Source: an uncultured Staphylococcaceae bacterium
Lineage (GTDB): Bacteria; Bacillota_I; Bacilli_A; ML615J-28; CAG-313
Direction: 5' to 3'
DNA length: 64,000 nucleotides
Assembly (NCBI GenBank): GCA_964541525.1
Contig: CAZIQF010000002.1
Location: 1,775 to 65,774 of the forward strand
Part shown: piece by piece, positions 1 through 10,892 of the stretch
Layout of the letters: every line of letters starts with the position of its first letter
How positions within the stretch are numbered: the first letter of the stretch is position 1
The notes under the pieces: generated by a model
Seen by the model: only the letters and a program-made list of their open reading frames with translations
Databases searched by the model: none
What the model was told of the DNA's origin: nothing
Made by a program: the position numbers and the translations under genes

Positions 1-199
1 CACCATTTAATTCAATTGTTATTGATAAAAATGTTAGAGATAAACCACAAATCAAGAACATAACTAAATAACGGAATTTCTTTTTCCACATATTTTGGAT
101 TGCAAGTTTTAAACAAATGAAAAGAGGAACTTTAGCTTTTTTAAGCTTTAAAGGTGCTACTAATTCTAATTCTTTATCAGTTAATTGTTTTTTAGCCAT
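1..199 (-). CDS. ABC transporter permease (FtsX-like), N-terminal fragment; gene continues beyond window start
   Basis: Reverse strand carries ATG at 197-199 and translates MAKKQLTDKELELVAPLKLKKAKVPLFICLKLAIQNMWKKKFRYLVMFLICGLSL, with a hydrophobic TM start typical of an FtsX/MacB permease N-terminus. It sits directly downstream of two ABC ATPase genes on the same strand. Confidence 0.4.
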   Translation of the reverse strand, partial: MAKKQLTDKELELVAPLKLKKAKVPLFICLKLAIQNMWKKKFRYLVMFLICGLSLTFLSITIELNG

Positions 200-874
200 T
201 TAGTTCACCTCCCTTAATGAATCACCATCAGGAGAAATTCTAACAATCATATCCGCAAATTCCAGTGCAGATTCTTCATCATGGGTAACTATAATAACTA
301 GTCGATCATCTGCCAGTTTCTTAAATAATTGGAAAATATTATGACTAGTTTCAGAGTCGAGATTACCAGTAGGTTCATCAGCAATAATTAATTTTGGATC
401 TTTAATTAAGGCTCTTGCAATTGCAATTCGTTGTTTTTGCCCACCAGATAGTTGGTGAACTTTTCGCTTTTCAAGTCCAGTTAAATCAACTGCCTCAATA
501 ATTTCTTTAAATTTTTGTCTAATCTTTTTTCTTGAATATCCTTGGATTTCAAGAGGTAGTGTAATATTTTCTTTTAGTGATAGGTCTTTGAGAATGTTGT
601 ATTCTTGGAATACAAAGCCTAAATAGCTATTTAAATAATTTGTACGTTCACTTTTAGAAAAGGTTGAAAGTTCCTTATCTTCAATCCAGATTTCGCCATT
701 ATCGGGTAAATCTAAACCACCTAGCAAATTAAGTAATGTTGATTTGCCACTACCAGAAGGACCTAAAATAAAGATTAAACCGGAATTAGGAAAAGTAACA
801 GATAAATTTCGAACAGCGTGAATTTTTTCGCCACCTGTTTGATAATACTTATTGACATTTTTTAGTATAATCAT
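200..874 (-). CDS. ABC transporter ATP-binding protein (MacB/FtsE-like)
   Basis: Walker [13 protein letters not shown] signature LSGGQKQR and Walker [13 protein letters not shown]. Confidence 0.85.
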   Translation of the reverse strand: MIILKNVNKYYQTGGEKIHAVRNLSVTFPNSGLIFILGPSGSGKSTLLNLLGGLDLPDNGEIWIEDKELSTFSKSERTNYLNSYLGFVFQEYNILKDLSLKENITLPLEIQGYSRKKIRQKFKEIIEAVDLTGLEKRKVHQLSGGQKQRIAIARALIKDPKLIIADEPTGNLDSETSHNIFQLFKKLADDRLVIIVTHDEESALEFADMIVRISPDGDSLREVN

Positions 875-884
875 TTCATCCTCC

Positions 885-3389
885 TTAAGATAGTTTAATT
901 ACATCAATTGGTTTTTTTCGTGATAAGCTAAATAGTGGTGATGCAATAGCGATAACTGGTGTTGCAAATGCAAGTAAGAAGACACCAAATACACCTAAGA
1001 ACGTATTAGTTAAGATTGTGAAGTTAACTACAACTTGGGAGTTAAATGATAAGTCGATGAATAATAGCATTAACGTTGAACCTATAATTCCGATAACCAT
1101 CGCAATCGCACTAATAATTAAAACTTGGAAGAGATAAATTAAAGCTATTTTTAAACCATTCATCCCTAGAGACATATAAATGCCAATATCTCTAGTACTA
1201 TTTTTAATATTAATGATAATAAAGTTAAAGATCATTAGGATGCTGAATAAACAGAAGACAAAGAAAAGTGCTGCGAATAAGTAAATATTATCATTGATAA
1301 AGTCATCAACTAATTGTAATTTTTTAAATGAAGGATTGTTAATTGTAATACCATTATTTAGTAAATTCCGATAAATTTGGCTATTAGTTGCTTGATCGGA
1401 GCTAATTTTTACGGTTAGGAATCCGCCGGCGATATAGGATGCTTTAATATAGTCATTAAATTGTGAAGATTCAGTTACTTTTGGTGAATAAATTATCAAT
1501 TCTTCGCTATCAATAATTCCAGTAATATTAAATTCTAATGATGCTGGGATTCGTTTGATACCACATAAATAGAATGAATAAGCAGTAGAACCGTTAATTG
1601 TTAATCTTGGAACTTGTTTTCCTTCCTCGCCAGTCCAAAGGTAATTTACATTATCGGGATTAAGTTTTAAGACTTCTTCAATAAAACCTTTTGATACAGC
1701 TACTTGCGAAATTTCACCTTTTTGTTTTTCCTTAGGAATTGCTCCTTTGTTATTGTACAAAAGATCAGATGATGTTGCATTAATATAAGTAAATTTAATA
1801 TCATCATATTCTTCAATTTTACCATTATTATCATATAAGATATCATCGTAATAATAAGTGATATTGGCAGAAGAGTAGAAGCCTTCATATGCCGAAGTAT
1901 TGACAAAAATGGAATTATAGATGGATAGATTATCTTCAAAAGCAGCATACCGCTTTTCATCGTTAAATAATCTTGACCCTAATTGATAAAAGTCATAATA
2001 ATTAGTTTGAATAATGCCAATAATTGTAAAACTATTTTTACTACCATCGACTTGAATAGTCTTACCGATTATGTTACTTGGTAAGATTGTTTCACCATAG
2101 TATAAGTAATTATTCAATGAATCAGCCAAGTAATCGGTTATATAGCATTTATAATCAGCTTTAATTGATAAATCTTCGTAGATAATATCAAATGCCTGCT
2201 CAATTTCTGATTTATTATCATAAGTAGTGATGTAATTAATTTCAGGTTGCCAAAAGCTATTTTCTGGTATTGATTCTGAATAATTTCTTGTAATGGGAAT
2301 TGCTACTTGCATACTTTTATAAGAATACATTGGATAACTAGTTTCGATTGTAAAATTCTTTTTGGCTGTTGATAGATTATGGTAGAAGAAGCCAGTAGTT
2401 GCTTTGGTTCCTTTATAATCATATTTATTACTTAGATTAATGACAAAGTTTCCATTTTCTTCTTGAAATTTTGTGTACATTTCAGTTGTATCAGTTAAAT
2501 ATAAGTTAATTACGGCTCCAGCAAAGATTAAACTAATTGAAAATAAGATAATAATTAGAATGAAACGAACTTTGTTTAGTTTGAAACCTTTCCAAGCGAG
2601 ATTAAAAGATACAGTCCATTTTGGTGTAATTTGTTTTAACTCATGATGAGTTGGAACAACATTTTGTAAATTTTCTTGATGAAGAATTATATCATTAGTG
2701 ATCATTCCATCTTTAATTGTGATTTCACGATCACCATAAATATTAGATAAATGTTTATCATGAGTTACAATTAATACTAATTTTTCTTTCGATAGTTCTT
2801 TTAGAATATTCATAACGATATCGCGATTTTTACTATCTAGGTTACCAGTTGGTTCATCGGCGATAATTATTTTTGGATCTTTAATTAGTGCTCTGGCAAT
2901 TGCGACCCTTTGTCGTTCACCACCAGATATTTCGTTGATTCGGCGATTTTCTTTTCCTTTGAGACCAACTCTTTCAATTATATCAAGAATGTCTTGATGA
3001 TGTTCCTGAACGGATATTTGTTGCAATTCTAATGATAAAGCAATATTCTCATAGATTGTTAGTCCTTTAATAACATTAAATTCTTGAAAAATAAAGCCGA
3101 TATAAGTATTTCGGTAGCTATTATAATCGCTTTTACTAAAATTAGCGGTATCTAATGATGTTGTGTTAATAACACCATTGGTATTAGTAGTGTTATCAAT
3201 AATTAATTCACCACTATCATAATTATCAATTCCACCTATAATATTCAGCAAAGTACTTTTGCCACTTCCGGATTTACCAACTATATAAACCATACCTTGA
3301 TCAGGAAGCGTAAGGTTAATGTCTTTTAATGCATGAAATTGACCAGCAGATGATTTATAATATTTATTGATGTTAATTAGTTTTATCAT
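885..3389 (-). CDS. Fused ABC ATP-binding / FtsX-family permease protein (MacB-like, large extracytoplasmic domain)
   Basis: N-terminus has GKSGSGKST, ISGGERQRVAIARAL and [12 protein letters not shown] roughly 450-aa middle region follows one TM. The C-terminus has several TM helices (FtsX-like). Total 834 aa. Confidence 0.75.
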   Translation of the reverse strand: MIKLININKYYKSSAGQFHALKDINLTLPDQGMVYIVGKSGSGKSTLLNIIGGIDNYDSGELIIDNTTNTNGVINTTSLDTANFSKSDYNSYRNTYIGFIFQEFNVIKGLTIYENIALSLELQQISVQEHHQDILDIIERVGLKGKENRRINEISGGERQRVAIARALIKDPKIIIADEPTGNLDSKNRDIVMNILKELSKEKLVLIVTHDKHLSNIYGDREITIKDGMITNDIILHQENLQNVVPTHHELKQITPKWTVSFNLAWKGFKLNKVRFILIIILFSISLIFAGAVINLYLTDTTEMYTKFQEENGNFVINLSNKYDYKGTKATTGFFYHNLSTAKKNFTIETSYPMYSYKSMQVAIPITRNYSESIPENSFWQPEINYITTYDNKSEIEQAFDIIYEDLSIKADYKCYITDYLADSLNNYLYYGETILPSNIIGKTIQVDGSKNSFTIIGIIQTNYYDFYQLGSRLFNDEKRYAAFEDNLSIYNSIFVNTSAYEGFYSSANITYYYDDILYDNNGKIEEYDDIKFTYINATSSDLLYNNKGAIPKEKQKGEISQVAVSKGFIEEVLKLNPDNVNYLWTGEEGKQVPRLTINGSTAYSFYLCGIKRIPASLEFNITGIIDSEELIIYSPKVTESSQFNDYIKASYIAGGFLTVKISSDQATNSQIYRNLLNNGITINNPSFKKLQLVDDFINDNIYLFAALFFVFCLFSILMIFNFIIINIKNSTRDIGIYMSLGMNGLKIALIYLFQVLIISAIAMVIGIIGSTLMLLFIDLSFNSQVVVNFTILTNTFLGVFGVFLLAFATPVIAIASPLFSLSRKKPIDVIKLS

Positions 3390-3398
3390 GTCTACTCC

Positions 3399-5003
3399 TT
3401 AATAAATAATTTTGTCATAAATTGGTTCAATAATAAATGATGCAACGATATCAGTAACGTTACTATCAAGTGTAGGAAGATATTGTTCTTTTGCCTCATA
3501 TTTAACTAAACCATAGCAATTAGAACGTAATATTCTAATAGTATTAACTGGAATATCTGAACCGATATATTTTGAATAAGTAAGTTCATCCATTTCATAT
3601 GGTGATTTAATTGCATTTTCAACGAGTAAAGTTGAAGAAACACCATTTAAATATTTATCATTATAATCAATCATGTACTGAGGAATGATTTTTTCCGCAA
3701 CCCCTGTTTCATCATTAAGTTTTTGTTCAAATAAATCCCAAGAAATATTATATAAATCATATTTGTATTGTGAATTAACGTAATCACTTTTTTCAAAGAA
3801 TCGAACTTGATAACTTGGACTATTAGCGGTATTGCCAGTTTTAAAGGCTAGAACATCACCGATTTTAATAATTTTGTTAATCCAAAACATACTAGGTGAT
3901 TTTGCTTGAAACTCAGAATGTTTTTCATAACCATAACGATAACCTGTAGCGTAGTAAATTGCTTCGGTATATTGAAGACGTCCTTTGGTGCTAATAATTC
4001 GATACTCTTTGAAGAAAGTATCAACAACTTTAGAGTAACGATAATTAGCTACTACAGCATAACCATCATGAAAATTAGAAGCATAGGGAACTACAACTTC
4101 ACTTGTATCGTGCATTGAAGTTGTTTGACCATTATATGAATATTCATAGTAATAGTTTAGATAAAGTGATTCACCATTTTCATTAATATAATGGTATTCA
4201 ATACCTTCAAAAGGGTTATTTGCAGTATAGCTACCAACACTTGGTGCATACATTGTTTTCTTATATCCGACTCTGGCCCATCCATCATAGAAAACATCAG
4301 CAAAATCGTATTCAAATTGTGAAAATAATAATTCATTTGTTACTTTTAAAAAGTTATATTTAATTGTTTCTAACTCTTTAATTTCGGCAATATTATCAGT
4401 TAAATTACCTTCACTATCGATTTCGTAGATGACTTCTGTTTCTTTCTTGCCAACTACAGCATAATCACCACTAAATACACTGGCATAGTCATATGAAATG
4501 TTAGTTAAATTGAATTCACCATCATTATAAACTAAATAGCCATATTTATTAGCTTTGGACACGATCAAATGATTATTAGAAAAATATGATTCTGATATTA
4601 CGCTATCATTAAAAGAATAAATGATATTACCTAAATTATTAATAATATGATATTTACCATCTTTAATTACGACAGCTTTTTCTTCATACATTGGGTATAC
4701 TTTATCATAAATAGGAGCAATAACTTCTTTTCCTGTTCGGTCGATAAAGCCATATTTACCAGCTTTTTTGACACCAATATAATCGTTAAATATATCAATT
4801 ATTTCATCATAATTTGCAAGTGAAAAACGCTCATTATTGGCATTGACCAAATAAGGAATCTCTTTTTCATAACAAATCGCGATTGCGTTTTCAATGTATG
4901 TAGGATCGATATTTTTTTTACAACTATTAATGCCAATACTAATAGTTATAAACAATCCACAGATTAGTAATTTTTTAAATAGCATTTTAATATTTTTCGT
5001 CAT
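3399..5003 (-). CDS. WG-repeat (KWG-like) lipoprotein
   Basis: Signal peptide with lipobox (ISIGINSC). Repeated YGFID..GKEVI..YD / GKY..I motifs characteristic of WG-containing repeats. Confidence 0.55.
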   Translation of the reverse strand: MTKNIKMLFKKLLICGLFITISIGINSCKKNIDPTYIENAIAICYEKEIPYLVNANNERFSLANYDEIIDIFNDYIGVKKAGKYGFIDRTGKEVIAPIYDKVYPMYEEKAVVIKDGKYHIINNLGNIIYSFNDSVISESYFSNNHLIVSKANKYGYLVYNDGEFNLTNISYDYASVFSGDYAVVGKKETEVIYEIDSEGNLTDNIAEIKELETIKYNFLKVTNELLFSQFEYDFADVFYDGWARVGYKKTMYAPSVGSYTANNPFEGIEYHYINENGESLYLNYYYEYSYNGQTTSMHDTSEVVVPYASNFHDGYAVVANYRYSKVVDTFFKEYRIISTKGRLQYTEAIYYATGYRYGYEKHSEFQAKSPSMFWINKIIKIGDVLAFKTGNTANSPSYQVRFFEKSDYVNSQYKYDLYNISWDLFEQKLNDETGVAEKIIPQYMIDYNDKYLNGVSSTLLVENAIKSPYEMDELTYSKYIGSDIPVNTIRILRSNCYGLVKYEAKEQYLPTLDSNVTDIVASFIIEPIYDKIIY

Positions 5004-5088
5004 AGATTGTTTTACCTCTTATAATATATTTTAACAAAAAAGTAAAGCGTTTACAAATGATAAACATTATTTTAGAAAGGATTGACTT

Positions 5089-5412
5089 ATGAAATTAATT
5101 ATTTTAAACATTTCACCAACTGATAGTATCAAAGTCAATAATTATTTGCGAAAATTACCAGTTTATTTTATTAAAGTAGCCAATATTGGTGGGGTTTTGA
5201 CAAGTGGAACATATACTTATTTGATTAAAGTACCTAAAGAAATTAAGGATGAAGTTGTAAAAAATTTAATTTCGATTTGTAAGAGTCGAAAGGTAAAAAT
5301 GTCAATGGTAGGTAATGTCGAAATGGGAATGTTTCATAATGTTCAAACAACGCAAACAGTTGGGGGTGGTTCGCTTTTTGTTATTGATCTAGATCAATTT
5401 ATTAAATTGTAG
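5089..5412 (+). CDS. darA: PII-like c-di-AMP receptor DarA/PstA family (DUF970)
   Basis: 107 aa. Pattern MKLII..I......L...P.Y.IKVA.IGG.L..G...LI.V......V...L....K.R.V........V..GG..LFV..L..F follows B. subtilis YaaQ/DarA along its whole length. Confidence 0.55.
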   Translation: MKLIILNISPTDSIKVNNYLRKLPVYFIKVANIGGVLTSGTYTYLIKVPKEIKDEVVKNLISICKSRKVKMSMVGNVEMGMFHNVQTTQTVGGGSLFVIDLDQFIKL

Positions 5413-5445
5413 AATCACTTTTATAGTTTTTTTACATAAAATAAA

Positions 5446-6030
5446 ATGGATGTGATTATTATGTTTGATCCATATCAATGTGCAGCAATTATTGAACAAC
5501 GTAAAAAGAAGGAGAAAAAGAAAAATGATGCTTTTTTAAATTTGCTTGTTGGGATGATTGTTGCAGTAGCGGGGCTTTATATTGTTGATATTTTTTTTAA
5601 TATCATAATGAAAAAACCTTTTAAAGAAATTTTTAATGTACGTTCAACATGGCAAGCATATTATGCATCAATTATTGCTGGGGGTATTAATGGAATTTTA
5701 GTTGTATATTTGCCTCCTAAACTTTATGGCACTGCTGCGGTTATTATTTTAACAGTTATTTATGAAACAATTGCTAAAATGACTGGACTTTCAACACTAA
5801 ATAACTTAGAGTTAACCCAAGCAATTGTTAGAGATATTTTTTTAATTAATATTATTTTTTATATTTTTGGTAAGTTTAATGATGAAGAAACAGATGATAA
5901 TGCAGAAGAAGAAATTGTATTAGGCGAATTAATCGATGTAACTTTAGTTAGTTCAATAATTATTAATTTGACAATTGTATCGACTAGATATGGGATTAAT
6001 TCTATTTTAGGAATTGGATCAATAAATTAA
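5446..6030 (+). CDS. Hypothetical integral membrane protein
   Basis: 194 aa with 4-5 predicted TM segments and an acidic loop (DDEETDDNAEEE). No recognisable motif. Confidence 0.4.
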   Translation: MDVIIMFDPYQCAAIIEQRKKKEKKKNDAFLNLLVGMIVAVAGLYIVDIFFNIIMKKPFKEIFNVRSTWQAYYASIIAGGINGILVVYLPPKLYGTAAVIILTVIYETIAKMTGLSTLNNLELTQAIVRDIFLINIIFYIFGKFNDEETDDNAEEEIVLGELIDVTLVSSIIINLTIVSTRYGINSILGIGSIN

Positions 6031-6044
6031 AAAATCCAAATAGT

Positions 6045-6581
6045 CTAGCTATTTGGAATATTTTTTAGATTTAGATATAATGAAATTAAAAGTACAGTTT
6101 TCATATCTGTAATTTGATTAGTTTCAATTAATGATAAAACTTCAGCCAATGGTAGGTGGATTAATTCAATAAATTCATCTTCATCTGGATTAAGTTGTTT
6201 TGGAAATAAATCCTCAGCAAGATATAAGTGAACCAATTCATTAGTGAAACCAGGAGATGCATAATAGTTGCCTAGGTAGGTAATATTCGTTGAAGAATAT
6301 CCAGTTTCTTCAGCTAATTCACGCATTGCTGCATCAATCATTTCTTCATTTTCGTCGACAATTCCAGCGGGAAGCTCAATCGAAATTTGATTGGTTCCAG
6401 CTCTAAATTGTTTAACAAACAAAATTTCATCATTAATTATAGGAAGGATGCATATGCCTGGACGATGGTCCACAACTTCTCTAAAGGCTAGATTGCCATT
6501 TGGTAGTTTGACTAAATTGCGATTTAATTTGACAATTTTGCCATTATAAATGGGAATTTTCTTAATAATTAATTCTTTCAT
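6045..6581 (-). CDS. NUDIX hydrolase (ADP-ribose pyrophosphatase-like)
   Basis: Nudix box GIVDENEEMIDAAMRELAEETG (GX5EX7REUXEEXGU). Confidence 0.75.
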   Translation of the reverse strand: MKELIIKKIPIYNGKIVKLNRNLVKLPNGNLAFREVVDHRPGICILPIINDEILFVKQFRAGTNQISIELPAGIVDENEEMIDAAMRELAEETGYSSTNITYLGNYYASPGFTNELVHLYLAEDLFPKQLNPDEDEFIELIHLPLAEVLSLIETNQITDMKTVLLISLYLNLKNIPNS

Positions 6582-7255
6582 ATTATCATGTTAAAGAAAT
6601 AATCAAAAATAATTTTAGATTCTTCAGAATTGAAACGTTCAGGATGCCATTGGACACCTAATAAAGGCAATGATTTATGCTCTATCGCTTCAATGATATC
6701 ACCATTATAAAGTAATGCTTCCCAGTCATTTGATACCTTGATAACAGCTTGATGGTGATAAGAATTAATTAAAAAGTGTTCTGGAAGATATTGATTGAGA
6801 CCAAAATTACTAGCATCAGATTTGGTTACATAGTGGCTATGTTCCTCAACTAAAGGATGACTTAAATGATCAGTCTCGATATCTTGGGATAATTCACAAC
6901 CTAAGAAAGCCGCCATGGCTTGCATTCCACGACAAATTCCAAGTACTGGTTTGTGATGCTTTTTGGCATGCATAATAATGGCATAGTCGATATCATCACA
7001 TAATTTATTAATTCCTTTAGATAGACCTAATTCATTAGACTGTCCATATCTAGTTGGATCGATATCATCACCACCGATTACTAAAAAAGCATCGCACATT
7101 AATAACATATGTTCTAAGTTTGGGGTTTCAACAATTATTAAAGGGATAATATTATCTCTTTGTAACTGTTGAATATAATTGGTACTAACTCTTACAAATT
7201 CTTGAGTATCGCCCTGATGAATTCTAGGACTAATTCCGATAATTTTTTTTTGCAT
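6578..7255 (-). CDS. Class I glutamine amidotransferase-like / gamma-glutamyl hydrolase (peptidase C26 family)
   Basis: Catalytic-Cys motif GICRGMQ and downstream His pair (WHPE). Overlaps the NUDIX gene start by 4 bp, so the two are probably co-transcribed. Confidence 0.65.
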   Translation of the reverse strand: MQKKIIGISPRIHQGDTQEFVRVSTNYIQQLQRDNIIPLIIVETPNLEHMLLMCDAFLVIGGDDIDPTRYGQSNELGLSKGINKLCDDIDYAIIMHAKKHHKPVLGICRGMQAMAAFLGCELSQDIETDHLSHPLVEEHSHYVTKSDASNFGLNQYLPEHFLINSYHHQAVIKVSNDWEALLYNGDIIEAIEHKSLPLLGVQWHPERFNSEESKIIFDYFFNMII

Positions 7256-7408
7256 TTTAACCTCTTTTTTTGATAATTTTATATTATTTTATCATATTTT
7301 TTTTATCTTTGCAAATAAAAAATAAAAATAGATGTTTCACTTGCTTGAAATAAAAAAATATGATAAAATATATAAAAGAAACTAATCTTAATTAATCAAG
7401 GAGGGCAC

Positions 7409-10066
7409 ATGGCAAAGCAAAAACAAACACCAATTGTTATAGAACCTGAACGATTTTCGCCTTCACCCGAACAAGGGTTAACCGAGTCACAAATCAGCCT
7501 AAGAAAAGAACAAGGGCTTACAAATAAAATTATCAAAAAGAATGGTAAATCTTATTTATCAATCATAGTTAGTAATTTTTGTACACTATTTAATTTTATC
7601 TATTTAGTTATTTTTATATTGTTATTTACCAGCCAAAAAATGTATGGTAAGATTTCGATTACGAATTATACCTTCTTGATTATTGTTTTTGTTAATATTT
7701 TAATTGGAACAATTCAAGAGATTAAATCAAAGATTACAATTAGTAAATTACAATTAATTTCGACACCAACTGTTACTGTTGTAAGAGATGGAGTTCATCA
7801 AGATGTTAATATTAGCGATGTTGTATTAGATGATATTATTATTTTAACACCAGGAAAAGAAATTACTACCGATAGTATTTTAGTAAATGGTGAAGTCGAA
7901 GTTAATGAGTCACAGCTTACAGGTGAATCGGTTCCAATCAGAAAACAAGTTGGCGATATTCTATACTCTGGAAGTTTTGTTGTGTCTGGTAATTGTAGTT
8001 GTAAAGTTGAACGTATTGGTGCTGATAATGCGATTGAAAAATTATCGGCTCAAGCTAAGCAATATAAAAAGCCTAATTCCCAAATTTTAAATACTGTTAG
8101 GGGCTTAATCAAAATTATTACAGTTTTTTTAGTGATTACTGGAATATTAATGATTGTCCAAAACTATAATTTTGAAGGATTTAAGGAATCAACTAATTGG
8201 TTTGCAAAAATGATTTATGATCATGTTTATTTAGACTTTCTTGCAAAAGTTTTTAAAGGTGCTAATAACTGGTATGTAACGATTAATTCGACATGTACGG
8301 CACTGATTGGGATGATTCCATCAGGCTTAATTATGATGACATCAGGTGCTTTAGTACTAGGGGTAATTCGTCTTTCTAAACATCAAACCTTAGTTCAAGA
8401 TTTATATTGTGTGGAAATGTTGGCAAGAGTTGATGTATTATGTCTAGATAAAACTGGCACAATTACTGATGGCTCAATGTCTGTTGTCAATTATATTGAT
8501 TTACAAAAGGGAAAATATGATATTAAAACGATTGTTGCGAACTTGAATGCTTGTTTAAAAGAAACTAATTCAACTGCTAAAGCTCTTGAAAGTTATTTTG
8601 GCATTGATGGTTCTAAAGCGGCAACGCATGTTATTCCGTTTTCGTCCGATCGTAAGTACAGTGGTGTTGTTTTTGGTGAAGATACATTCTTAATCGGTGC
8701 TCCAGAATTTGTTTTGAAAACAAGTTTTGAAAGATATGCTGATTTAGTTAATAAGGAAGCAAATAAAGGATACCGGGTATTATGTCTTGCAGTAACAAAA
8801 CAAGATATTGTGAATGGGAAATTATCGCGTGCTCCTAAACCAATTGCTTTCATCTTGATTGAAGATCAAATTAGGCCTGAAGCAGCAGAGACCATTCGTT
8901 ATTTTAGAGAAAGTGGCGTTGAAGTTAAAGTTATTTCTGGGGATAATCCAATAACTGTATCAGAAGTAGCTAAACGAGTAGGAATTGCTAATGCTGAAAA
9001 TTACATTAGCCTAGATGGACTATCTGATGAAGAAGTTTATGAGGTTGCAAATAGTTATACGGTATTTGGACGGGTAAAACCAAATCAAAAACAAATTATT
9101 GTTAAGGCCTTAAAAGATAATAAAAAGACGGTTGCGATGACAGGTGATGGTGTTAATGATATTTTAGCATTAAAAGAAGCTGATTGTAGTATTGCAATGG
9201 CTTCGGGTAGTGATGCGGTTAGAAGTGTAGCTCAACTTGTCCTACTTGATTCATCATTTGCTTCCATGCCTAAAGTTGTAGATGAAGGAAGAAGAGCGAT
9301 TAACAATGTTCAAAAGATTGCAATGTTATTTTTAGTTAAAACTTTCTTTGTATTAACACTAGTTATATTGACTGTATTTGGCTTTTTCAAAAAAACATCT
9401 GGTGATGGATCATTTCCGTTCTCAAATCCAACCCAACTTTTAATGATTGAATTATTTGTTATAGGTATTCCATCAACATTCTTAACGATTCAACCAAATA
9501 AAAATCGAATTTCTGGTAACTTTTTATGGAATGTTTTGCAAAAAACTCTACCTGGTGTTGTTGCAATTGTTGTTGCGGTTATTGTGACATATTCGCTTCA
9601 TTATGTATGTGGCTTTGATATTACTGTGACCAAGACAATTGTTGTATTAACAACGACATTAATCGGTTTGATGATTTTATATCTTGCTTGCCGTCCGTTT
9701 AGTTGGAAAAAAATTATTTTATTTGCAGCAATGTGTTTATGCTGTGGCTTTATTTCTTTAGAATCGATGTATATGTTTCCAAAAATTGTAATTGGAAAGT
9801 TGAATTTAGGAGAAATTATCCATAATGAATTTCAATTATTCGATTTAATTATGAGAACTAGTGATGGCTATGCTAATCTAACGGCTGTTCTACTTACAAT
9901 TTGTTTAGTAGCTGGCTCATTTATCATTATGAGTATTTGTAGTTACATCATCGATATTATTAATCGAATTAATCTGGTTAGGACACTTAATAAATCTAAA
10001 CGAGAAGTACAAATTATTAATCGAATAGAAGACTACATTGATGAAGAAAGTGAGAATGTCATTTAA
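7409..10066 (+). CDS. Cation-transporting P-type ATPase (HAD superfamily; Ca2+/Mg2+ type)
   Basis: Phosphorylation site DKTGTIT, hinge TGDGVNDILALKEAD and 8-10 TM helices. 885 aa. RBS AAGGAGG upstream. Confidence 0.85.
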   Translation: MAKQKQTPIVIEPERFSPSPEQGLTESQISLRKEQGLTNKIIKKNGKSYLSIIVSNFCTLFNFIYLVIFILLFTSQKMYGKISITNYTFLIIVFVNILIGTIQEIKSKITISKLQLISTPTVTVVRDGVHQDVNISDVVLDDIIILTPGKEITTDSILVNGEVEVNESQLTGESVPIRKQVGDILYSGSFVVSGNCSCKVERIGADNAIEKLSAQAKQYKKPNSQILNTVRGLIKIITVFLVITGILMIVQNYNFEGFKESTNWFAKMIYDHVYLDFLAKVFKGANNWYVTINSTCTALIGMIPSGLIMMTSGALVLGVIRLSKHQTLVQDLYCVEMLARVDVLCLDKTGTITDGSMSVVNYIDLQKGKYDIKTIVANLNACLKETNSTAKALESYFGIDGSKAATHVIPFSSDRKYSGVVFGEDTFLIGAPEFVLKTSFERYADLVNKEANKGYRVLCLAVTKQDIVNGKLSRAPKPIAFILIEDQIRPEAAETIRYFRESGVEVKVISGDNPITVSEVAKRVGIANAENYISLDGLSDEEVYEVANSYTVFGRVKPNQKQIIVKALKDNKKTVAMTGDGVNDILALKEADCSIAMASGSDAVRSVAQLVLLDSSFASMPKVVDEGRRAINNVQKIAMLFLVKTFFVLTLVILTVFGFFKKTSGDGSFPFSNPTQLLMIELFVIGIPSTFLTIQPNKNRISGNFLWNVLQKTLPGVVAIVVAVIVTYSLHYVCGFDITVTKTIVVLTTTLIGLMILYLACRPFSWKKIILFAAMCLCCGFISLESMYMFPKIVIGKLNLGEIIHNEFQLFDLIMRTSDGYANLTAVLLTICLVAGSFIIMSICSYIIDIINRINLVRTLNKSKREVQIINRIEDYIDEESENVI

Positions 10067-10163
10067 ACTCTAAAGTGAAAACTTTGGAGTTTTTCATTTA
10101 TTTAGCCCATATTTTTTTTAATATTTATCATAAAATACATTGACGATGAAAGAAGGAAATATA

Positions 10164-10892
10164 ATGTACAATTTAATAATTAATAATATTTCTAAAACTT
10201 ATTATCAAAAAAACAAACCAGTAAAGGTTATTGAAAATCTATCATTAAAGGTGAAAAAGGGAGAAATTCTTGCAATCGTAGGACCAAGTGGTGGTGGAAA
10301 ATCAACCATTTTAAATCTAATATCTGGAATTATCGAACCGGATTCTGGAACAATTACAATTGATGGTAAAATTGGTTATATGTTTCAACATGATTTATTG
10401 TTTGAATGGCGTAATATTTTAGACAATCTTTTAATTGGTTTAGAGATTTCTAAAAAAACAACGAAAGAAGATCAAGAACAGGCATTAAAACTATTAGAAA
10501 AATATGAATTATTAGATTTTAAAAATGCTCATCCGTCAGAATTATCCGGTGGAATGCGTCAACGAATCGCTTTAATCCGAACTCTAATGATGAATCCTTC
10601 AATTTTATTGTTGGATGAACCATTTTCCGCACTAGATGCCCAAACGAGAATCAAGATTAGTAATGATATTTATCAAATGATTAAAGAAGAAAAGCTTACT
10701 GCTATCTTGGTTACACATGACATAGGCGAAGCGATTTCAATGGCAGATCGCATCATTGTTTTATCAAGACGACCAGCGACAATTATTAAAGAATATTCAG
10801 TTGATTTTGATGAATCCACACCACTTAAACGAAGAAGTAATCCTAATTTTAATCATTACTTTGAACAAATTTGGAGTGATTTAAGTGAATGA
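10164..10892 (+). CDS. ABC transporter ATP-binding protein (nitrate/sulfonate/taurine SsuB/TauB-type)
   Basis: GPSGGGKST, LSGGMRQR and LLLDEPFSALD. Start is taken at the ATG preceded by GAAGGA; the ORF track extends to 10140. Confidence 0.8.
   Translation: MYNLIINNISKTYYQKNKPVKVIENLSLKVKKGEILAIVGPSGGGKSTILNLISGIIEPDSGTITIDGKIGYMFQHDLLFEWRNILDNLLIGLEISKKTTKEDQEQALKLLEKYELLDFKNAHPSELSGGMRQRIALIRTLMMNPSILLLDEPFSALDAQTRIKISNDIYQMIKEEKLTAILVTHDIGEAISMADRIIVLSRRPATIIKEYSVDFDESTPLKRRSNPNFNHYFEQIWSDLSE

Noticed and set aside
1700-1960. 86-aa ORF nested in the fused ABC gene, plus similar small ORFs at 3906-4118, 7887-8090, 8593-8853, 11989-12195, 13235-13423, 14808-15035, 15717-15917, 17637-17867, 18245-18430, 19644-19847, 22474-22782, 23956-24192, 27154-27345, 27794-28145, 28513-28695, 30315-30906, 31326-31538, 39131-39328, 41899-42111, 45360-45584, 51048-51248, 52802-53512, 54381-54581, 57983-58210, 60256-60456 and 61797-61979
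   Set aside because: All are embedded in, or antisense to, well-supported longer genes, with no RBS or motif support. They are six-frame artefacts.
7256-7408. Possible Mg2+ (M-box) riboswitch in the leader of the P-type ATPase
   Set aside because: The leader is only about 150 nt and almost pure A/T, without the conserved M-box helices. It is treated as a plain promoter region.
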